A stretch of 24,000 bases of DNA from Nitrososphaerales archaeon (GCA_025058425.1 JANXEG010000012.1:5442-29441); one strand, 5' to 3'; numbered from the stretch's first letter, positions 13,458-22,398 are shown. Numbers and translations are program-made. The notes: generated from the letters alone by a model not told the origin.

Positions 13458-14662
13458 CCTTTACGCCCGGCTGCAACGATCTTGATCACATCATTATCCT
13501 TCAACTCGTAATTAGCACCTACTCTAACCCCTCTCTTCACATCGATCGCGTAAAGAAATGTATCTCCCAATTCGGTATGAATCATGTATGCGAGATCTCT
13601 TGCCGTAGAACCTTTACGTACCACATACGCATCTGGTAACACGTTACCTTTTTTATCAGAAAGTTTATTCTCATCCTCAACAGGATACACGACTATACTT
13701 TGTAACAGTTCAAAGTAGGCAGCATTTATACACTGTTGCACACCCGTATTCCCCCAAACCTTTAATACTTTACTCCTCACTAGGTCAAGGGCCCTCCTCT
13801 GTTCAGGGGTTAACTTTGTAGGCTCGAGGATTTCGAAATCAGAATCACCCGGAATGTACTTGATCAACCTTTTCTCAGCAGCCCTCCTTAATAGAAGCTC
13901 GGCTTCTGAAGCACAAGGTATTACCAATCTACCCAGATTTTTCATGCGCCGAATATTTTGAGCCGAAATTGATATATCAGCCTTATTTGCAGCGATCAAT
14001 GCCGGTTTTGAACGTTCCCTTAAAGTTCTACAGAAGTGGTAAAGATCTTCATCACTCCATAAAGTAGGTTTATCCGAATTCAACCCTGTTATATTAAGGG
14101 CATCGATGATCTGAGATTCCTTGATGGAGAAGCCACTTAACTTTTCAGCCAACATTACACTTAACTTCCCATCCCCCGCTTCTACGGTGCGCGCGATCCT
14201 CGGCCAATCGGCCTTTAGCTTATCCATCACCCACGTATCGAATTCTCTCTCTACAAACTCCACATCGAGGATTGGGTCATGCGAGCCGGGTTCACATAAT
14301 CTGCCTTCTTCATCGGTGGCACCAGAGGCATCTACTACGTGGATCAACGCATCGGCCTGCCTTAAATCATCCAAAAACTTATTCCCTAACCCCCTTCCTC
14401 TTGATGCACCTGGTACGAGCCCCGCTACATCGACCAGCTTTACAGGTATAAGCCTCACACCATCTACGCATAGAGAGTTTACGGGATTATCGGTAACACC
14501 GAGCTTTTTGCATATACACTCGATTCGAAGGTATGCTATACCCACGTTAGGTTTGATCGTCGTAAATGGGTAATTGGCTACGGGTACGTTGAGTAACGTA
14601 GCTGCATTGAAGAAAGTGGACTTGCCCGTATTGGGTTTGCCGATGATCCCTACGATCATCAC
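13454..14662 (-). CDS. Obg-family GTPase, YchF/OLA1-related, with C-terminal TGS domain
   Basis: G1 GKPNTGKST at the extreme N-terminus, G3 DVAGLV, G4 NKAD, and a C-terminal TGS-like segment (GANYELKDNDVIKIVA). Confidence 0.8.
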   Translation of the reverse strand: MMIVGIIGKPNTGKSTFFNAATLLNVPVANYPFTTIKPNVGIAYLRIECICKKLGVTDNPVNSLCVDGVRLIPVKLVDVAGLVPGASRGRGLGNKFLDDLRQADALIHVVDASGATDEEGRLCEPGSHDPILDVEFVEREFDTWVMDKLKADWPRIARTVEAGDGKLSVMLAEKLSGFSIKESQIIDALNITGLNSDKPTLWSDEDLYHFCRTLRERSKPALIAANKADISISAQNIRRMKNLGRLVIPCASEAELLLRRAAEKRLIKYIPGDSDFEILEPTKLTPEQRRALDLVRSKVLKVWGNTGVQQCINAAYFELLQSIVVYPVEDENKLSDKKGNVLPDAYVVRKGSTARDLAYMIHTELGDTFLYAIDVKRGVRVGANYELKDNDVIKIVAAGRKG

Positions 14663-14877
14663 CTTACTTAAAGAGCATCCTTCTATAAAAATAGGCGTGA
14701 ATGATAAAAGAGAGCAGAACGATTTCCTATCTTCAAATAAGATACAGGAGCATTTAAGATTAAATTATGCATAATTTGAAAGAATATCATTCATATTGAG
14801 AATAAATTCTTTTAATTCGGTCTTTTTTAAAAAAAAGTTTATTAGAGGGTTCTCTTAAATCAAAAATGGGATAAATT

Positions 14878-14988
14878 ATGGCAGATTTCATCGGACTCCT
14901 AATAATCTTCTTTATAGCGAGCTTCGCCATGATACCTATATACTATTGGCTCAAGAAGAAGCATGGGTCGAGTCTCGAGGGTGAGTAG
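14878..14988 (+). CDS. Small single-pass membrane protein (36 aa), likely symporter small accessory subunit
   Basis: This ORF is below the cutoff of the supplied ORF track. It reads ATG..TAG and encodes MADFIGLLIIFFIASFAMIPIYYWLKKKHGSSLEGE: one hydrophobic helix followed by a basic patch. Its stop lies 2 nt before the symporter ATG, which suggests translational coupling. Confidence 0.55.
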   Translation: MADFIGLLIIFFIASFAMIPIYYWLKKKHGSSLEGE

Positions 14989-14990
14989 AT

Positions 14991-16487
14991 ATGCAGATCG
15001 AGGTTCTAACCGTAATTATAGCATATATGTTGGCTGTGCTCATCATCGGTCTATATGCAGCAAAGTACGTCAAATCTGTAAAAGATTACTTAATATATGG
15101 ACATAGAATGGGGATCATACCACTGACATTCACATACTTTGCAACGTACCTCAGTGCCGTCTCCGTATTCGGTTTTACCGGCCTGGTTTATAGGAGTGGT
15201 TGGTCTGGTCTCTGGTTACCGATCATCTGGGCCACTGGCAGCATCATGGGCATGTTCATAGCTTTAAGGTTGAGGAGAGTAAAGCTAACATCTCCACATG
15301 AATACTTTAGGGTCAGATTCGGCCTTCCGAGTAGCTTCCAGATCTTCGCAGGTCTGCTCACGGTCGTTGCATTATTGGTATCGTTGATAGTTCAGATTAG
15401 AGCAATGGGCATTACATGGAGTTTAGCATTGAATAGAAGTATCGAAGAAGGGATCCTTATCTCGATGGTTATAGTATTGATCTATACCGTCGTCGGAGGC
15501 CTTTACGCAGTAGCTTATACAGATATATTCCAAGGCGCTCTCTTTACGGCCGTCTTGATAGGTGGTGGTATATGGGCCCTTTCAGTTATGGGTGGCCTCG
15601 AGAATCTATATGCGATGGCTGCAAAGATAACCACACCTCCCACCGTTGGAGCATCGCCTACCCCTGAAGGTTTGCTCGTCTCAGCGATGGGTGCATATAC
15701 ATTCGTTGGTCTGATATTTTTATGGCTCAACTGGGCACCCGGTGTCGCTGCACATATCAGATACACCCAGAGGCAGCTAGCTGCCAAGAATATCGATTAT
15801 TCTTTAAAGATGTATGTAATAGCCTGGCCCATCCTATTCCTTATATACGTATGTATGGGTTTAACAGCGTTGGCTGGTAGAGTCCTTATACCAACGATGC
15901 CTGCAGGGATGAGTGTAGATCATATCATGCCGCTCCTCTTCCTAAAGTACATGCCTCCAATAATTACGGGTTTACTATACGGAGGTCTGCTCGCTGCAGC
16001 GATGTCGACCGTCGATAGCGAAGTTCAGATCTGCAATTCGATAATATTCGTAGATGCGCAGAAGTATTTGAAATTATCTGAGAAGGCGATGCTAAATATA
16101 GCAAGAATTTTGGGAGTCATTATAGTAGTAATCGCTACTTTAATAACGCTCTATCCATTACCGATCATCATCGAATTCTCAGCCTACTCTTGGGGCATAC
16201 TCGGCTCTCTATACTTCGCACCGATGCTCATCGGATTGTATTGGAGGCGGGTTAATAAATGGGGTGTCTTAGCGGGAGTCTTCGGTGGGCTTATCGTATT
16301 CGCCACTTGGCAACTGTTATGGGGTACGAGGATCTATGGGATACCACCGTTCGGAGTCGGAGTTCTAGTATCTATCGTGTTGACGATCGTGGTCTCAGCA
16401 GTTACAAAGCCCCCACCCGAAGAATACTTAAAGGATTACTTCCCGCCACCGATTACTGTGAAGGCTGAAAAGGCTGAAAAGGCTTAA
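14991..16487 (+). CDS. Sodium:solute symporter family (SSF) transporter
   Basis: 498-aa polytopic membrane protein with SSF-like organisation (e.g. YTVVGGLYAVAYTDIFQG, and AAAMSTVDS in a late TM). The substrate cannot be read from the sequence. The C-terminus ends in the KAEKAEKA repeat. Confidence 0.85.
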   Translation: MQIEVLTVIIAYMLAVLIIGLYAAKYVKSVKDYLIYGHRMGIIPLTFTYFATYLSAVSVFGFTGLVYRSGWSGLWLPIIWATGSIMGMFIALRLRRVKLTSPHEYFRVRFGLPSSFQIFAGLLTVVALLVSLIVQIRAMGITWSLALNRSIEEGILISMVIVLIYTVVGGLYAVAYTDIFQGALFTAVLIGGGIWALSVMGGLENLYAMAAKITTPPTVGASPTPEGLLVSAMGAYTFVGLIFLWLNWAPGVAAHIRYTQRQLAAKNIDYSLKMYVIAWPILFLIYVCMGLTALAGRVLIPTMPAGMSVDHIMPLLFLKYMPPIITGLLYGGLLAAAMSTVDSEVQICNSIIFVDAQKYLKLSEKAMLNIARILGVIIVVIATLITLYPLPIIIEFSAYSWGILGSLYFAPMLIGLYWRRVNKWGVLAGVFGGLIVFATWQLLWGTRIYGIPPFGVGVLVSIVLTIVVSAVTKPPPEEYLKDYFPPPITVKAEKAEKA

Positions 16488-16522
16488 GTGTAGCTTCGCA
16501 GAAGATCTAGAAAACTACAACC

Positions 16523-16551
16523 TTTCTTTTTTATTTCTTATCTATTTTTTC
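16523..16551 (+). terminator. Oligo-T tracts (tttctttttt ... tttttt) downstream of the symporter gene
   Basis: Archaeal termination typically occurs at T-runs. These lie 35-65 nt after the stop codon. Confidence 0.4.
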
Positions 16552-16658
16552 TGAAGGATATAGAAGCAAGAAAGATAAAATGTGGTTTCGAACTTCTACA
16601 ACCTAAAAATAATTTTTACCTTCATCGCTTTTCATCACTTTAGAGTAAAATGTTCAAT

Positions 16659-16668
16659 AAATTTAAAA
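16659..16668 (+). promoter_or_regulatory. TATA-like box AAATTTAAAA about 24-33 nt upstream of the L15e TTG start
   Basis: Position and sequence only. Confidence 0.3.
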
Positions 16669-16691
16669 GCTCGCTATAAAGAAGGTTAAGG

Positions 16692-17144
16692 TTGATAACT
16701 TTGTACAAGTATATAAGTGAAAGTTGGAAGCGCATATGGAAGGAGAAGGAAGGGGATATCTTAACGAGGGCGATCGAGTGGAGGCATGAACCGACGATCG
16801 TAAGATTGGAAAGGCCGACACGCATAGATCGGGCCAGAAGGCTCGGCTACAAGGCGAAGCAGGGATATGTGGTGGTTAGGGTATGTGTCTCTAAAGGAGG
16901 GATGAGGAAGGAGAGGCCAAGATCGGGTAGAAGACCGAAGCATCTCGGTGTAGTGAGGATCAAAGCAGATGTAAGTGCAAAAGAGGTAGCTGAAAGAAGG
17001 GCCGCGAAGAAGTATCCAAATCTTAAGGTGATCAATTCGTACTTTCTCTATAGTGATGGAAGGTACAAATGGTATGAAGTCATAATGGTAGATCCAAACC
17101 ATCCCGCTGTGAAAAGAGATCTTCAAAGATCTATTAAGGGTTGA
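16692..17144 (+). CDS. rpl15e: 50S ribosomal protein L15e (eL15), short form (150 aa)
   Basis: LYKYISESWK, ERPTRIDRARRLGYKAKQGYVVVRV, KKYPNLKVINSY and WYEVIMVDPNHPA all match L15e. TTG start. The protein ends soon after the DPNHPA block. Confidence 0.9.
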   Translation: MITLYKYISESWKRIWKEKEGDILTRAIEWRHEPTIVRLERPTRIDRARRLGYKAKQGYVVVRVCVSKGGMRKERPRSGRRPKHLGVVRIKADVSAKEVAERRAAKKYPNLKVINSYFLYSDGRYKWYEVIMVDPNHPAVKRDLQRSIKG

Positions 17145-17207
17145 AGGTTATCAGTAACAGAGACCAGACCAACCACTTCTATAGACAAGGTAAAAGGTAA
17201 AGAGCGA

Positions 17208-18536
17208 TTAGAATCCGGCTTCGACCGGATTTCTAGGTTTAATGATCTCCCTAAGGATTACCGTTGCATAGGAGCCCTTGAAGAGGTCCATTGTAAGAGA
17301 GATTCCATTCTGATCAAAGTTCCAATCGAAGGTCTTACAGAGTAAGGGTGCTACTCGAAAACCACCTTCCACACTTACTTCGGGCAACTCTTTTATATAA
17401 AAATCACGGGCCTTAACACCTTCTTCCTCCAATACTTGATCGATGAACACATCGAATCGATTCTTCGTGGTGCGGTAAGTGTAACCTACGATCGGGATCA
17501 AGGGGATACTAATGGTCGATATGTCCGAACCTTTATGAATAGGGTTGGAAGGAGAGGTGGAGGTAAAGTATCTACTGACCTTGATCAACCTACCTTGTAT
17601 TAAATCGAATTCTCCGCAATAATCGCCCTCTTCAACCTTCATCAGGTCCATTTCAGCATTTACAGCAGAGCTTAAAACTCGATTACAGATGTAAGATTGG
17701 TACGCATTTATAAATAGGCGCCTTAGAGTCAATGGTAACTCCCTTAGGGCTTCGATACAACGATTAGGATCCTTCACCAATCGTCTTAAGACCAGAACTT
17801 CCAAATCTAACTCTGGCTTTTCTGGTTTTAACATACTTAACGCTCGCCGATAATCTGATTCTTTACAGAGTTCTCGAAATATTCTTCGTTCCTCACTATC
17901 ATAATCTGATGGGTGAGAGAGAAAGATCGTCAACGCTTCTCTAAACCTCCTCTTCACCAACTCCCTCCCTATCAGATGGTTGATGGGCCTTTTACTGCCG
18001 AACCTCTGGTAACCGAAGAAGTTCGGTACCTTCCCTCTACTTAGATTCGATGCCACTTCATTCAAACATCCTTCTACACGATTAAAATTCACGCCGACCA
18101 CTTTAATCCTAAATCTATTACCTACAAGATCCCTTCTCGTGATTGGGCGTGATGAGTACCCGATCAATTTTAACAAGATCTTGTTATCGATTTGTAAATT
18201 ATCCAGTATACGCACCTTCAACGATGTAGGGCTCACATATTGCTTTGTAGATGCTTTTGCATCTTTAAGACCAAGGTATCGTACCTTACCACCCAATTTC
18301 ATCTCGATGAGTTTACATGCGTGTATGGTATCTATACCGATCTTCTCTAGCATATATATCGGATACCGGTGTGTAGAGTTTGGGTTCTCTTTTACTTCAA
18401 ATTTAGGGTTTATAATCTCTTCCACTTGGAAGTCTTCATATTTACTTCTTATACGCCCGCCTATACCTTCACATCGTGTGGAGTAGCAAAGTAAGCCTAT
18501 GGATTTATCCAATTCGTTGACACTCATAATAAACAC
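17208..18536 (-). CDS. truD: tRNA pseudouridine(13) synthase TruD/Pus7
   Basis: GIGGRIRSKYEDFQVEE near the N-terminus and the catalytic-Asp motif YLGLKDAKASTKQ. The ORF-track start is GTG 18536, overlapping the pth2 stop by 1 nt. The in-frame ATG at 18527 is an equally good start. Confidence 0.9.
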   Translation of the reverse strand: MFIMSVNELDKSIGLLCYSTRCEGIGGRIRSKYEDFQVEEIINPKFEVKENPNSTHRYPIYMLEKIGIDTIHACKLIEMKLGGKVRYLGLKDAKASTKQYVSPTSLKVRILDNLQIDNKILLKLIGYSSRPITRRDLVGNRFRIKVVGVNFNRVEGCLNEVASNLSRGKVPNFFGYQRFGSKRPINHLIGRELVKRRFREALTIFLSHPSDYDSEERRIFRELCKESDYRRALSMLKPEKPELDLEVLVLRRLVKDPNRCIEALRELPLTLRRLFINAYQSYICNRVLSSAVNAEMDLMKVEEGDYCGEFDLIQGRLIKVSRYFTSTSPSNPIHKGSDISTISIPLIPIVGYTYRTTKNRFDVFIDQVLEEEGVKARDFYIKELPEVSVEGGFRVAPLLCKTFDWNFDQNGISLTMDLFKGSYATVILREIIKPRNPVEAGF

Positions 18537-18904
18537 TATAAAAGAGGGAGCTCTCCGGTAATCTTATCGATGATTTCAGAGAGGTCGGGGCCGATGCCTA
18601 CACAGGTTTTCGTACCTACAGGCACTTGGGTTAAACCTCTATCTTCAATCAGCACAGTAATCAGACCGGCCCCTTCAGCCTTCTCCTTTATATCCAATAA
18701 TCTTTCAAGGGAGTTCACCTTCACAACGATCTTCGGTTGTCCACACTTTATCCAACCTTCATAAATCTTCGGACGGTGTTTTCTCACTTCATCGGCACAC
18801 GCGACGGCAGCATGGGCTACTTGGGCTGCGATCTTACCTTTACCCATCTTAATATCGGTCCTTACTACGATAACTTGTTTATACTCTTGAACCATATTTA
18901 CCAT
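18536..18904 (-). CDS. pth2: Peptidyl-tRNA hydrolase, archaeal/eukaryotic type (Pth2)
   Basis: KQVIVVRTDIKMGKGKIAAQVAHAAV with a length of about 120 aa is diagnostic of Pth2. Confidence 0.9.
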   Translation of the reverse strand: MVNMVQEYKQVIVVRTDIKMGKGKIAAQVAHAAVACADEVRKHRPKIYEGWIKCGQPKIVVKVNSLERLLDIKEKAEGAGLITVLIEDRGLTQVPVGTKTCVGIGPDLSEIIDKITGELPLL

Positions 18905-19019
18905 TTTATAATCGGGCGTAAAGTAAGTAACAGCTTATCTATTCACAAAAAGTCTCCATATTATATATCTTTATTGTTATCTTTTGAAAAAGCTAAATCA
19001 TCCATCTTAATATACTTAA

Positions 19020-19439
19020 ATGAGTGGTGATATGGCGAGTGGTGTTGTAAGATTTAGTGTTTCCGTATCGCCTGAACTCCTTAAAGAGTTCGATGAAGTG
19101 ACGAATATAATAGGGTACGATAGATCGAAGGCGATTCAGCAGGCTATGCGCAACTTCTTAAATGAATATAAATGGAGATATGAGGAGAAGGGGTTAGCGG
19201 TTGGAGCGATAGTCCTTATCTACAACCACGAGGTGAGGGGGTTAGAGGATAGTTTAACGGATATTCAACACCATTATAGAGACATCATTCAATCCTCAAT
19301 ACATATACATCTCGATGAACAGAATTGCCTCCTTCAAGTGGTCGTTAAAGGCGAAGTCATGAATATTCGAAGATTGGCGAAGGATCTGATGAATAGAAGA
19401 GGAGTTAAGCAACTTAAATTGGTCACACTCACGTATTAG
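19020..19439 (+). CDS. nikR: Nickel-responsive transcriptional regulator NikR (ribbon-helix-helix plus metal-binding domain)
   Basis: N-terminal RHH (VVRFSVSVSPELLKEFDEV...DRSKAIQQAMRNFL). The C-terminal domain has H-x-H-x5-C (IHIHLDEQNC) and a His 11 residues upstream, which is the same spacing as the four high-affinity Ni ligands of E. coli NikR (H76, H87, H89, C95). Confidence 0.8.
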   Translation: MSGDMASGVVRFSVSVSPELLKEFDEVTNIIGYDRSKAIQQAMRNFLNEYKWRYEEKGLAVGAIVLIYNHEVRGLEDSLTDIQHHYRDIIQSSIHIHLDEQNCLLQVVVKGEVMNIRRLAKDLMNRRGVKQLKLVTLTY

Positions 19440-19532
19440 ACCCATCTTACGTAACTTTGATTGTACCGAGTCTGTGATACTTTAACGTACCTCTTCCACT
19501 CGATCTTTCATTTAAATCTAATCTATAGATAG

Positions 19533-20018
19533 TTAGCGTAGTGTTGTGATCTTCCACTTCTCTATTACTCGACCATCTGGTAAAAAGACCGGACCTTCGA
19601 CCATTTCTCCCTTTAAACCATACTTTTTAAGAGCTGCCAACAAGAGGCCTGTAGAGATATGGGCTGGCGCTCCACCTTCTTTTGTTAAACGTTCAGCCCA
19701 CTTCGTTAATGCAGGATTTACCATCTCATAAACGATCAACTCTTCCTCCGACCTTCTCTGCTTCATCTCATCCAACAGTCTATTTACATTAATATGCTCT
19801 ACATATCCAGATTCTTGCAGATATTGAGCCAATCTCTGCAATGTTTTAACATAATCCTTCTCATTCTTCAGATTCAACCTTTCTTCGAGCTCTTTGAATA
19901 GTATCTCCCCAGACCTCCATACCACTTTCCATGCATCCTTACCAAGGAATTCATATATCGCTTTACATAAACAGTATAATTCTAAATCAAAGAACTCTCG
20001 ATCTATTTTAAGGGCCAT
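19533..20018 (-). CDS. Hypothetical protein, 161 aa, possibly V4R-like small-molecule-binding fold
   Basis: ATG-initiated ORF. There is only a loose resemblance to V4R-domain proteins (helical N-terminal half, then YEMVNP...HISTGLLLAALKKYGLKGEMVEG), and the usual V4R cysteines are absent. The assignment is weak. Confidence 0.4.
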   Translation of the reverse strand: MALKIDREFFDLELYCLCKAIYEFLGKDAWKVVWRSGEILFKELEERLNLKNEKDYVKTLQRLAQYLQESGYVEHINVNRLLDEMKQRRSEEELIVYEMVNPALTKWAERLTKEGGAPAHISTGLLLAALKKYGLKGEMVEGPVFLPDGRVIEKWKITTLR

Positions 20019-20173
20019 ATTGATAACTCTATAGATGTGATCACTATTTAAAAATTAGGTTAGAAATTAAATTAGCGATGTAAGGATAAAATCACTCTAA
20101 TAATTCATAATCATCTCTATTTTTCAACTTAAATTTTATTATTGAAGTGTAACCTTGATATTTATACTAAATT

Positions 20174-20827
20174 TTACTCCTCTTTCTTAAGGATGTGGAC
20201 TTTACATGAAACTCTTTGGCTGAACCGTTCCGCATCCTTTTCGCTACCTACAATAGCTCCGTAATGCATAGGTATCGCGATCTTCGGTGCGATCTTCGAT
20301 ACAGCTTGAATAGCCTCATCGGCCGTCATAACGTACGTTCCACTAACGGGTATAAGTGCGATATCTGGTTTCAGCCCTTCCATCTCTGGTATAAAATCTG
20401 AGTCTCCGGTGTGATAGATCGTCACACCACCTATATTCAATATATACCCTACACCTTGATTCTCTCTCGGATGGAAAGGCACGCCGGGTTGTCTAAATTT
20501 ATTAATGTTGTAAGAGGGTATCGCTTTTACTTTGATACCCCTTACTTCAAGCTCATCTCCTGGCTTTACATACTTTATCTCCTTGACCTTCAAATTCGAT
20601 AACTCACCTTTGCACAGGGTCGATGCGACTATGATGGTATCGGGGCTAATGATTTTCTTCAAATCCTTTAGACTGCAATGATCGAAATGCTCATGGGTTA
20701 TAAATACGATATCTGCCTTCACCTCGCCCTTGATTTCAAAAGGATCTATGTATATGGTCTGTCCATCTTGAATTCTGAAGGAAGCATGCCCTAACCAACT
20801 GATCTTTAAACCTTTGTATTCAAACAT
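20174..20827 (-). CDS. Metallo-beta-lactamase-fold metal-dependent hydrolase (UPF0173-like)
   Basis: HxHxDH motif (THEHFDH), ISWLGHASFRI N-terminus, later HTGDS and PMHYG motifs. Confidence 0.85.
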   Translation of the reverse strand: MFEYKGLKISWLGHASFRIQDGQTIYIDPFEIKGEVKADIVFITHEHFDHCSLKDLKKIISPDTIIVASTLCKGELSNLKVKEIKYVKPGDELEVRGIKVKAIPSYNINKFRQPGVPFHPRENQGVGYILNIGGVTIYHTGDSDFIPEMEGLKPDIALIPVSGTYVMTADEAIQAVSKIAPKIAIPMHYGAIVGSEKDAERFSQRVSCKVHILKKEE

Positions 20828-20912
20828 AAACTCAACACCTATTAAGTTGCTTTAAAACTTACGAACTATTTAACTTTTTAACTTAATGATAAGATCGCTA
20901 TTTTCGAAAAAT

Positions 20913-20920
20913 CATATATA
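20913..20920 (+). promoter_or_regulatory. TATA-like box CATATATA about 25 nt upstream of the endonuclease IV TTG start
   Basis: Position and sequence only. An in-frame stop at 20937-20939 leaves TTG 20946 as the only plausible start. Confidence 0.35.
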
Positions 20921-20945
20921 CGTTTGATTAGGTTATTAACTTGGC

Positions 20946-21797
20946 TTGGTATCACAACTTAGGGTTGGTGTACACGTTTCTATAACGGGAACCTTAGATA
21001 GGGCTGTGGACCGTGCGAAGGAGAAGGGTTGTACAGCATTTCAAATCTTTACAAGGAATCCCCGCGGATGGAAGTTTAAAGAGTTAGATCAGGAGGAGGT
21101 AAAGGAGTTTAAGAGGAAGGTTGAGGAGTATGGTTATGATGAACCTATAGCCCATATGCCATACCTTCCGAACCTCGCTTCGCCGAATGACGAGATATAC
21201 AAAAAGACCTTAGATACATTGATCGCTGAGCTCGATCGATGTGGCCGATTGGAGATACCTTACCTTGTAACCCATCTGGGAAGCCATTTAGGTGCGGGGA
21301 TGGATGTGGGGTTTAAGAGGATCATCGATGCGTGTAATAGGGCATTGAAGAGGGTCGATAATGATGTAATGATCCTTTTAGAAAATACGGCAGGTACTAA
21401 GAATAGCATGGGCACTCATTTTGAAGATATAAAGTATATTCTAGATCGTATCGAGCAGCGCGATCGCGTCGGTGTATGCTTTGACACATGCCATGCTTTT
21501 GCTGCGGGTTATGATTTGAGAGATAAGAAGGCCATCGAACAGACTTTGAATCATTTCGATAGGGTGATAGGGTTTAAGGATTTAAAGGTTGTACATATCA
21601 ATGATTCAAAGGGCGATCTGGGCTCCAACATCGACCGGCACGAGCATATCGGTCTAGGATACATAGGTGAGGAGGGTTTTCGAGCTCTGCTTCACGATGA
21701 AAGAATACGAAAGTTGCCACTGATACTGGAGACCCCTATAGATGATAGGAGGGGCGATGAGGATAATATAAAGAAGGTACGTGAATTGGCGAAGTGA
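20946..21797 (+). CDS. nfo: Deoxyribonuclease IV (endonuclease IV, AP endonuclease)
   Basis: VGVHVS...GCTAFQIFTRNPRGW, HLGSH, LENTAG, HINDSK and DRHEHIG are the Nfo metal-ligand blocks. Confidence 0.9.
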   Translation: MVSQLRVGVHVSITGTLDRAVDRAKEKGCTAFQIFTRNPRGWKFKELDQEEVKEFKRKVEEYGYDEPIAHMPYLPNLASPNDEIYKKTLDTLIAELDRCGRLEIPYLVTHLGSHLGAGMDVGFKRIIDACNRALKRVDNDVMILLENTAGTKNSMGTHFEDIKYILDRIEQRDRVGVCFDTCHAFAAGYDLRDKKAIEQTLNHFDRVIGFKDLKVVHINDSKGDLGSNIDRHEHIGLGYIGEEGFRALLHDERIRKLPLILETPIDDRRGDEDNIKKVRELAK

Positions 21798-21798
21798 T

Positions 21799-22398
21799 TT
21801 AGAAGAGTTTAGATTCCTCTTCGATACCACTCTTCGTTATTATCATAATATCTACACCATCACCACTCGCAGCATCCCTCTGGACCGCAGACCTGATCGA
21901 TTTTATAGCGAGCTCCTTCGCTTCTTCCTTCTTCATACCCTTTCTATATTCAGATTCGAGCACACCTATAGCTATCTCTGCACCAGAGCCTACCGCTGCG
22001 TAAATATCCTCTATAACCGATCCTAGGGGATCTAATACGTAGATACTCGGTTTCGTATCGACCCCACCGATCACCACTTGAGTCAAGAGGGGTGTGTAAC
22101 GCCTTTCGAACATCAACACGGACATCAACTTCGCGACCGAGTTGGAAGGGACCGGTCTGCCCAACTGTAACTCTCTAATCTTAATATGGGCTTCGATCTC
22201 TCTTACAAGGATCTGCATATCAGCTACCATACCAGCACACGCAGCACCGACCCTATCGGTGATTCGAAAGACCTTCTTTCCAGCCCTACTTATGACGAAT
22301 GTACCGTACGCAAACCTCTTCTCCGCACCCAAGACGACCCCTTCATCGAATGTCAATCCCACAGCTGTAGCGCCGGGGATAAAGTACTCTCTAAACAA
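21799..22398 (-). CDS. psmB: 20S proteasome beta subunit, predicted non-catalytic (Ala at the Thr1 position)
   Basis: Aligns colinearly with archaeal beta subunits (G|ATAVGL...GAEKR...GKKVF...GSGA). Glu17, Lys33 and the GSG block are present, but the nucleophile codon at 22369-22371 is GCT (Ala). TTG start, with 9 residues preceding the Thr1-equivalent position. Confidence 0.85.
   Translation of the reverse strand: MFREYFIPGATAVGLTFDEGVVLGAEKRFAYGTFVISRAGKKVFRITDRVGAACAGMVADMQILVREIEAHIKIRELQLGRPVPSNSVAKLMSVLMFERRYTPLLTQVVIGGVDTKPSIYVLDPLGSVIEDIYAAVGSGAEIAIGVLESEYRKGMKKEEAKELAIKSIRSAVQRDAASGDGVDIMIITKSGIEEESKLF

Noticed and set aside
17142-17340. TGA read-through or frameshift extending the short L15e. 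The in-frame continuation reads RLSVTETRPTTSIDKVKGKERLESG....
   Set aside because: The continuation has no resemblance to the canonical Gly/Lys/Arg-rich L15e tail and runs antisense through the 3' end of truD. No other frame encodes the tail.
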